Both the position numbers and the translations under genes were made by a program. Of a DNA stretch of 64,000 nt, positions 54,796 to 64,000 are shown piece after piece (positions within the stretch are counted from its first letter, which is position 1; each line of letters opens with the position of its first letter). The notes under the pieces are model-generated. The model was not told where the DNA came from and did not search any database. It was given only the letters and a program-made list of their open reading frames with translations. Source of the stretch: Marsupella aquatica (Eukaryota > Plantae > Marchantiophyta); the NCBI GenBank assembly GCA_973895155.1, contig OZ316896.1:9745525-9809524 (forward strand), read 5' to 3'.

Positions 54796-56180
54796 TCATT
54801 CAGGATCAGACCCTGACTGCTGTAGGGCAGATGCAGAGACACCAGTGTTCGAGTTCATTCTTGCCTTCGCCTCTGCAAACATGCGCTGCTGAGCAGCTAT
54901 AGCTTCCTCCTCTGTCATCCCACCGCCCACAGATTCTTTATTTCCCCATCTTCCACCAGCTTTCGGGGAATCCTGCGTTGAGAGAAAACTAGCATTAGTA
55001 ACCTCAATCAGAGATACACCTATTCTCTTTAGAATCAGGGCGCTTGGTATGCGATGCCGCCATTCTCTGCACCAGATAGATAGCAAAAGCTGAGATGGAG
55101 ACATTACCAAGGTCTCAACACGATGTTGCTCGTATGCGGCTTGTACATCTCCGATATATTCTCCAAAACCCAACACCTTTTACATGCAGAACAGATACAT
55201 CAGTAAAAATAGAACAGCAGCACATGGTCCGCGATGCTGTATAAATGGATATCAAATTGAGATGTCCACAAGTCCATGCTAGTAGAGAGACCATGATAGC
55301 CCACATAACATTGTTGACTTCTTCTTCAGTTGCATGACTCTGCTCACTAACCTCAAGGGCCCTGAGAACATGTTCCGGAGCTATTGTTCGTTTCTCCTCT
55401 TTGCTGCATATATCGTTCGACTCGGATGAAATCAAATTTATGAACTCTAAGGAAACAGCAGCAACAATTAGAACCAGGGAAACAGTTAGTCGTGATTCAC
55501 AAACTGAACTTGCTCAATCTTGGAAAACAACGTATATTCTGCGCTCAGGTTTTATACTTGAATACCAACATCAGAAAAATGGAAAGAAAGCAGTGTACAC
55601 GTTATATCACATGAAGAAGAAATCCACGTCAAAATTGTGAAGTGAGGGCGGGAAATAGGATACACTCAAAGGGAACCCTAAGGATGTCTCAACAGCAGCA
55701 AATCAGAAGAACTCACCGACGCAGCACTCCACCAGCAAGTCTTGCGCATCCTTTGCCACCCGAACGTCTGGTGGCAACATCTCCTTGATTATTTTCGTCA
55801 TGGTTGCTGAATAAAAGCATTTGGAACGCCGTCAGAGAGGGAAGGGATCGTAACCAGCCCTGTGCCATTAAATTAAATACTGGCAAGGCATTTGATTCCC
55901 ATCTGATGACTGACACAATAGTTTTAGACTGCTTACTTCAGAGCGTTCCCATGCACGGAGAAGGCAAACCCTAACATAGAAATTCACAATTGTCCAACAC
56001 ATTTGATTTTTCCCACTCGGTCGCTGCAACGCATAATTTTCCACAGTATCTCTCAAGCTTTGTAAAATGCAAGACCATGAGGACTCCAAATAAGACTCTG
56101 CCAAACCTCACAGGCTAGAGAAAACTACACTCACCTTTAGGAAGCGACACATCTTCTTTGGCCCGGCTGGCAGTATCCAT
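54796..56180 (-). CDS. DR1: NC2 beta / Dr1 (histone-fold TBP-binding repressor, NF-YB-like), 5 exons
   Basis: Exons 56180-56135, 55806-55717, 55446-55352, 55176-55108 and 54972-54796. Protein MDTASRAKEDVSLPKATMTKIIKEMLPPDVRVAKDAQDLLVECCVEFINLISSESNDIC..KRTIAPEHVLRAL..MTEEEAIAAQQRMFAEAKARM. Confidence 0.95.
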
Positions 56181-57426
56181 TCGAAATCAGATCAGTTCAA
56201 ATAAGTTCCAAAGTCGCAGTTTCGCCGAATCCTCCTCACTCGCTTGCAAACGATATAATGTCCATAACATCTGCCAGGATGCACAAAGAACAGCGATGCT
56301 TGGTACGTCGAAGAGGAGGAATGGGGACGACGACCATCACCCCAAAAATCTATGCAAGTCCTCTGGACTGAGCCAAATAAAAACTTATTATTCTTATTCG
56401 CGGGCTGAAGCCAGTGTGGAGAAGCATGCATGCGTCAATTACAGAGAGCGATGACAAGTATAATTGTTTCGATGTCTTGTATCATTGAAGATGAGGTAAG
56501 AGGAAGATTGACTTCCGCATTTTCCGAATTACGATAACACGATGAAGTGATCAATACGGAAACAACCCGCAAAAACTACAGCTGCTCTAAAAGTATTGCA
56601 CACAGAGCACGACTGGCTACTGACAGACGGCTATGGATGCTTATTCACCAGATGACCAAAATCAAAAGAGGAAAAGAGGAGTACCTGTATACAACGATGG
56701 TCGCAGAACCGTAGGAGCACGAGAAGCATTCAATTTCGACCGAATCGGCCACGGACAATGGACTCCGTATCCAGCGGCAAAACCCTCGCCGGCTTCCACT
56801 GTAGTACAAAGGAGAGAGGGTTTGAAACGAGCACGAGGTAAAGCTCAGCCAATCAACTCGCCTTAAATCGCCTTCACCAAAACAACGACAGCAAGCCAAG
56901 CAGCAGCTCCATCCTCCCTTCCTCTCTTCCAGAACCCGTCCGAGCTTTTCTTTCGAGCGAGCTCCTCAACGCCACGCACCAACACCGGTCCTGTAGTCGA
57001 CCACTGTGATATTCTCCTCTTTCTCTTCTCCTCCTTCACTTTTTTTTTCTTCTCCTTCTTCTTCTTCTTCTTCTCCTTCTTTTCTTCTACTTCTTTCTAC
57101 TTCTTTCTACTTCTCGACTGTTCAGCAATTTGTTCAGAAGCGGAGCAGCGAAGCATCGGATTGATGGGTCGAGGCAAGAGGTCGTCGGTGAATCGAGGCG
57201 AGACTCGTAAACGTGAATCAAGGAAATGGGAACACATTCATTTCCCTTGTAGGCGGGAAAGAATCGTTTAAAAGGAGGAGACTGCGAACACAAAGAAGAG
57301 GCACTGAACGGAGAAACGATTTCGCATGTTCGCGCTCTTGTATGTGACCCACAGTTACAAGCAAGCCACCCCAACTCCCCAAGCTACACCATAGGTTAAA
57401 TTTGTGAGAATGGGTTTTTACTAACC

Positions 57427-57728
57427 TGCCCTCCAAACTACCCCATATTTTTTACATGCCCTCCAAACTACCCCATATTTTTTTCATGCCCTCCAAACTA
57501 CCCCATATTTTTTTCATGCCCTCCCATATTTTTTTCATGCCCTCCAAACTACCCCATATTTTTTACGAGCCCTCCAAACTACCCCATATTTTTTACATGC
57601 CCTCCAAACTACCCCATATTTTTTACTAGCCCTCCAAACTACCCCATATTTTTTACATGCCCTCCAAACTACCCCATATTTTTTACATGCCCTCCAAACT
57701 ACCCCATATTTTTTACATGTTCCTCAAA
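57427..57728. repeat. 29-bp tandem repeat, about 10 copies; possibly the subterminal array of a Mutator/foldback-type element starting near 57411
   Basis: TGCCCTCCAAACTACCCCATATTTTTTAC(A) repeated head to tail with no spacers. The TE assignment is inference. Confidence 0.85.
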
Positions 57729-59078
57729 CAAAATTTGTTATCAGTCGGTAATCCATTTCATACTCGGGTCAGTATTAACTTGTATACGAGTTCTCATTAC
57801 CATGGCAACTCACTATTGGCTAGCCTTAACCCTCAGCCACCCCCCCTTCCTCTTCCCTGCTGCGTTTTCCTGAGTAAAAATGAGGGCCGAAAGTGTCGGG
57901 TTTCTGTGAGGGGAGTGTGAAGCAAAAAATGACGTATTTACGGACCCCCATTAGAGGTCCTTTCCAAAATTCCTGGTTCCACAGTGCGCCACATCATCAT
58001 GGCATGTCACAAACAGGAAGGGACTTGTTTTTGGATAAAATTAACTTCTACATTCGTGTTTGTGGCAACTTTGCTGTAAAAACTAGGACGCCATGCTGTA
58101 AAAAAGAATGTAAAAAAATTGACATGCAAATCAAAAGATAAAAAGATTGAGGTAAACTGCTCCCAATAATGATTTTATTTCCATTTTGATTTCATTCAAA
58201 ACATAAAATTTTCCTGACAATAATTTTTGATTTGACATTGTTGAGTCAAATCATAATGAAAACTCACGTATAATATGGCGTTGGAAAGATCTTGAAGAGA
58301 CGGTCGTGATGAGCTCAAAATTGTCACCATTCGATAAGAATTGAGTAAATAATTTGAAAAATAGATTTTACCCATGATTTTAATCTCTAATGTGAATAGA
58401 AATTTTGTTGTACAACCCCTGAAATGTTGACCCCTTCCATGAGAATAAACCTAAAATTGATAAATTTTATCGAGTATTAAGGAGATTATGAATTTTAGAA
58501 TTTCTTTAATTGTTTAATGAACTTAACATTGATAGATTTAGTTGAGTTCTAAGGAGATTATAAGTTTCCAATGTTCTCTAGCTTTCTAATGAGTGTGACA
58601 TTGAGAGATTTTATCAAGTACTAAAGTGGTCATGAATTTCTTAATTTTTCTAACTTTCTATCCATTTTGAATTCCACAATTGGAAATTTGTTTCCATGAA
58701 TTTTTTTTGTCTTAAACAATTATGCAAGGTTAGTGATTTGATGACACCGATGACTTCTCTCTCTTTGTCTATCTGCATGTAGGAATTGAAAAGTGATTAC
58801 TTTCGATGCAACCTGAATGCATCCAACATCCCTTTGATAACGTGAAGGAAATCCATCACCGTTTTGCTGAAGTGGGCAATTAAGCTGCCCACACATTAAA
58901 CAATAGTTCACATTGCAACTTGTTTTGTGATTGATTTTAATTATGGTTGTCTTGGTAAGTTTAACAATTGTTTCAAGTGTCAAACATTGACTTGTCCATT
59001 TTTGAATTTTTTTTCTTAAGATTTGGAGGTCCATCTAGGCTTTCTAGATAAGTGTCTCTAAAATAACATGGGGGTCCA

Positions 59079-59553
59079 TGTTGGGTATTTACTCTTACGT
59101 CTAGGTTAGGTATGACGTGGTTGGTACAACAACGTGGGTTGGTACAACTACGTGGTTAGGTACAACTACGTGATTAGGTACAACTATGTGGTTAGGTACA
59201 ACTACGTGATTAGGTACAACTATGTGGTTAGGTACAACTACGTGATTAGGTACAACTATGTGGTTAGGTACAACTATGTGGTTAGGTACAACTAAGTTGC
59301 ACACTATATCATAAGAGGCATGTGTGCTTGGAGAGGTAGAACCAAGGCTCATTGTTATGGAGCCACTTGAGAGATAGGGAGAGCTTACACTGTGGAGACT
59401 CGGTATAGCCGACGGGCTTAGAGTTCAGTAAAGCTCTCTTGTGTGTTCCCGTGGACGTAGCCTCAAGGAGGTGAACCACGTATCTCTTGTGTCGACTATT
59501 GTGCGTTGGATGGTTCATGGGCTTGCCGTTGCGATCGTCGTCTATGCTCAACA
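59079..59553 (+). repeat. 5' LTR of copia copy 2 (475 bp, 10 units of the 18-bp repeat)
   Basis: TGTTGGG...TCAACA; 54 bp (3 x 18) longer than the copy 1 LTRs. Confidence 0.95.
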
Positions 59554-60083
59554 ATTGGTATCAGAGCATGCTTGGGAGGTGACGTGTGTTCGTGACGGGA
59601 TTTCATGACGGTTTTTCCAGCGTTGAGTGTTGGTGGATTTTCCAGAGTTCCATCGCATGGAACTTGGAGTTTATGGGCTCAACGGATAGATCAGGGCAAG
59701 AGCTTTCTAACGGTGTGAAGAAATCGTTGAACGGAGCTCGTGGTGCAGAGAGATCTAAGTTTTCGTCGTTCTGGATTTTGTGAAGAAAGTTGGCAATCGA
59801 CTTGGAGGGAGAAGCGTCAAGTGTTTTGACTCAACGGAGAGATTGAGGCAAGACGATTGTTTTTGAGTCCGGGATTGGCTCTTTGATGCAAAGAGGAAGG
59901 CTAAGCAAAATCAATTACCTTGTTGGACTTGGTGACGGCACCAAGTGCAATTGATCAACATTCGTTGTTGACAAGGGGCAGAGAGAGGAGCAGGAGGAAG
60001 AGCACGTGACACCGATACCATCACCGGTGCGGCGTGTGGTGGAGGAAGCAGTACTACTACCGGAGCTCACGGTAAAGAAGAAG

Positions 60084-63000
60084 ATGGGGACTTTCAAGCT
60101 TGGGGGACCCAAGTATGAAGTGACAAAGTATGATGGGCGCTCTTACTACTTGCTATGGGAGAAGCAAGTGAAGGGAGTGCTTTATGCGTCAGGGATGGGC
60201 CAACTGCTGAGCCCTCGTGAAGACGATGTTGATGAGAAACAATGGGACCGCATGCAGGAGCAGGGAGTGTGGTGTGTTACACTCTATCTCATGCCTCCCA
60301 TCATCAAGCAGTTGGGTGCACATAAGGATTGCATGTCCTTGTTTGCGGAATTGCAGAGCAAGTATCACCGCAAGGAGTTGTCGAACCGACTCTACACTTC
60401 TTACAAACTGATGAGTTTCAGGATGAAGGAATCTGGTACGAAGTTGCAAGACCATGTGGATGCTTTCAACGACATGGTCGTTGACTTGGAAAACCTTGGG
60501 GAGACTTTGAATGATGAGACGAAGGCTCTGCAGCTTCTTAGTTCATTGCCTCCATCTTACCAGTCCCTATCACGAGTGTTGTTGCATCGTGATAGGGATA
60601 CCATTTCATACAATGACGTGGTAAGTTCTCTGCTTAGTGATGATCTTCAGCAGAAGATGCACATCACGTCACAGCCTTCATCATCTGGTGCTGCCCTCAA
60701 TGTTAACCGTGGGAGGAGTATGCAGCGACCAACTGGGGACCGTAGAACCCAGTTTAGATCTAAATCCAGATCTAAGTCCAAGGGTAAATCCCCTCAGAGG
60801 AGGTAGGTGACATGTTGGAAGTGCAACCAAGTTGGACACTTCAAGCGAGACTGTAAGGGAAAGGCAGCGGAAACTTCATCGGCAAATGTGGCTAGGGCTG
60901 ATGGAGAAGCTGATTTACTCAATGATGAGTATGTTTTATGAAGTCGGGGGTATGCCTTGTGCACGTCATCTAGGAGAGCAGATGATGTGTGGATTCTTGA
61001 TTGTGCTTGCTCTTTTCATATTTGTTACATTCGTGAGTTTTTCAGTTCTTACTCTGTTTCAAACGGTTCAGTTCTGATGGGAAATGATCACTCCTGTCAA
61101 ATTGAGGGAATTGGGTCTGTGAAGATTCAAATGTTTGATGGCGCTGTGCGCACAGTGTCCGGAGTCAGGTATGTACCTGGCATGCGTAAGAATCTGATTT
61201 CGCTCGGTGTGTTGGATTCAAATGGTCATCAATGGAGCGTTATTGATGGTGAACTTCAAGTCAGGTCGGGAGAGACAGTGATTTTGAAGGGGAGTAGACA
61301 AAAGAATTTGTATGTGTTACAGGGCAATACTGTATGTGGAGAGGCCAATGTAACCAAGTCTCACGAGGAGATGACTCAACTGTGGCATTCACGGCTAGGC
61401 CATGAGTGAGAAGGGTTTGGCTATCTTACGGAAGAATGGACTCATTTCTGATTTGCAATCTTGTAAATTAGAGTTTTGTGAGCATTGCATTCTTGGAAAG
61501 CAGCATCGTCGTGCTTTTGGTGTTGGAACTCATCGTTCCAAAGCGGTTCTTGAGTACATACATAGTGACGTGTGGGGTCCATCCCCGACTCCCTCACACT
61601 CTAGAAAGTTGTACTATGTATCATTTATTGATGATTACTCAAGATTTGTGTGGATTTATTTCATGACGCATAAGTCTGATGTCTTGTCCATTTTTAAGAA
61701 GTGGAAGGCCCAGTTGGAGAATCAGACTGGAAACACGATCAAGTGTTTGGATACAAGGGTGAAGAGTCTGAGGTCAGACAACGGCGGGGAGTACACTTCA
61801 ATGGAATTTGAAGAGTACTGTTCAAAACAGGGGATAACTCGCCATCTCACCACAGTTTATACTCCGCAGCAGAATGGTGTCGCTGAGAGGCTCAATCGGA
61901 CACTGTTGGAGCGGTCACGGAGTATGTTGAGCCAATCAGGTTTACCACAAGAATTTTGGGCAGAAGCTGTCAATACCGCAGCTTATTTGGTAAATCTTTC
62001 TCCTTCTAGTGCTATCAATTTCAAAACGCCGTTTGAGATGCGCTATAAGCGGCAAGCAGACTATCATGGCTTGGTAATTTTTGGAAGTGATGCATATGCT
62101 CTCACACCAAAGCAGAATAGGACCAAGTTGGATCCTACCTCCAGGAAATGTGTTTTTCTTGGGTACCAGAGTGGTGTGAAAGCCTATAGGCTATGGGATC
62201 CTATTGCCTGTAAGCTCGTTGTCAGTAGGGATGTTTCCTTCAATGAATCCAGATTATTGAAGGAGGGGGAGAATACTCAGGTCTCCCGTACTGACAAAGG
62301 AAAATCTCCTATCCCGGATCTCGTTGAGGGGGAGATTGGTTATGAGGTGCATGACCGGAGAGAAGGAGTTGCTCCAATTATGGAGCTGGTTCCTGTGCCA
62401 GAGGAACCAGAGGAGTTTGTTGATGCTGGTGAGCAGCAAGTGGATGCTGTTGAGCTTCAAATTGTACCAGCACACGCAGATCAACCGGAGTCATCGGCTA
62501 GAAGAACATCTGGTCGCACTGTACGCGCTCCATCAAGGTATGGACAGTGGGTTGATTCATCTCAACTGCAAGAGGATGATTTTACAGCTGATGATGAGGG
62601 TGATGCGTTAATTTTGGAAGAAGGAGAACCTTCTTCATTTCATGAGGCAAGTGCTTCAAAAGAGAAGCAGAAGTGGACTGCAGCAATGCAAACGGAGATG
62701 CAGTCACTAAAGGACAACAAAACTTGGGAGCTTGTTAAGCTGCCTAAGGGTCAGCAAGTGGTGGACAGCAAGTGGATTTACAAGCTGAAGGATAATTCCA
62801 TAGGAGGTGGATCGAAGGTCTACAAGGCTAGATTGGTAGCAAAGGGATTCACACAAGAGAAATGTGTGGATTACAATGAGGTCTTCTCACCAGTTGCTAA
62901 GTACTCTACAATACGACTATTGTGTGTACTTGTTGTAATGTTTGGTCTGCTCCTAGATCAGATGGATGTTGTCACAGCTTTCCTCTATGGCACATTGGAA

Positions 63001-64000
63001 GAGGTGATCTTCATGAGACAACCGCTAGGTTTTGTGAAGAGAGGACAGGAGGAATTGGTTTGCAGATTCCTGAAATCCTTGTATGGGTTGAAGCAGTCAC
63101 CAAGACAGTGGAACAAGCGGTTTGACGATTGGATTCGGTCACAAGGTTTTCACAGAAGTGTATTTGACCCTTGTGTGTATTTGAAACCGGTGAAGAATGT
63201 TGTCTTTGGGTTCATTGTTTTAGTACTTTATGTGGATGACATGCTAATTGCAGCCAAGGATAGGTCTGAGATTGTTAAGCTCAAGGCACTGCTTAGGGCA
63301 GAGTTTAAGATGAAGGACTTAGGGCCAGCCAAGAGGATTTTGGGTATGGAGATCACTAGGGACTTGGAGGCTGGCAAGCTATGGTTGACGCAGAGCAGTT
63401 ATGCGAGGAAGGTAATTGCAAGGTTCAACATGGAGAATAACAAGTCAGTAAGTACCCCGTTGGCTCCACACTTCAAGTTATCATCAGCGTTCTGTCCTAC
63501 GGATGACACAGAGAAGGGGTTGATGTCAAAGGTTCCATATGACAAGGCAGTGGGGAGTCTCATGTATTTGATGACTTGCACTAGACCTGATCTTGCCATG
63601 GCTATGGGCAAGGTGAGCAGGTACATGTCGAATCCAGGGAAGGTACACTGGGAAGCAGTGAAATGGATTATCAGGTACTTGAAGGGTACCGTGGATCATG
63701 GTCTTTTATTTGATGCGAATGCAAAGAATGCTAGATCATTGATTGGCTATGTAGATTCTGACTATGGACAAGATTTGGATCGAAGGAGATCAACAACAGG
63801 ATACGTGTTCACACTTGGCGGTGGATGCATAAGTTGGAGGTCTACTTTGCAGAAGTGTATTGCTCAGTCTACTACAGAAGCGGAGTATGTTGCAGCTGCG
63901 GAAGCAGCAAAGGAAGCGATTTGGTTGGATAGACTTATCACTGAAATGGGATTGCCACAGGGGAATGTGAAGCTCCATTGTGATAGTCAAAGTGCGCTCC
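60084..64000 (+). pseudogene. gag-pol of copia copy 2, inactivated
   Basis: CAG>TAG stop at 60804-60806 just before the zinc knuckle, and a 2-bp loss at about 61401 (GGC CAC ATG > GGC CAT GAG TGA). The family gag/pol UGA is at 60939-60941. Confidence 0.9.

Larger units (their letters stand above)
59079..64000 (+). mobile_element. Ty1/copia LTR retrotransposon copy 2 (same family), defective, runs off the window end
   Basis: 5' LTR 59079-59553 and PBS TGGTATCAGAGC at 59556-59567. Near-identical to copy 1 but lacks 801 nt of the leader. Continues into RNase H at 64000. Confidence 0.97.

Noticed and set aside
57427-57728. 29-bp repeats as a CRISPR array
   Set aside because: The units are head to tail with no unique spacers, there are no cas genes, and the context is eukaryotic.

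Overview
Eukaryotic land-plant nuclear DNA, probably a bryophyte such as a liverwort (inferred from gene style, not proven). Five spliceosomal host genes are supported: exon 1 of a mitochondrial ribosomal protein bL28m, an NPF/PTR transporter, a RabA/Rab11 GTPase, Kdo-8-phosphate synthase (KDSA) and NC2-beta/Dr1. Between them lies a dense set of mobile DNA. A full-length young Ty1/copia element (35371-41865; LTRs, PBS, PPT, ACTAA TSD) is nested in a TA-flanked pogo-like DDD transposon (35288-45742) that also carries a 185-bp satellite. There is an older relative of that transposon (about 3948-9687), a second copy of the copia family (59079 to window end), two copies of a tRNA-derived SINE, several MITE-like hairpins and several tandem arrays. 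The two most notable observations concern the copia family. First, both copies carry an in-frame UGA exactly between gag and pol, so Pol needs readthrough or splicing. Second, copy 2 lacks exactly an 801-nt GT-AG segment present in copy 1, which suggests it was retrotransposed from a spliced RNA. All coordinates and alignments were read by eye.
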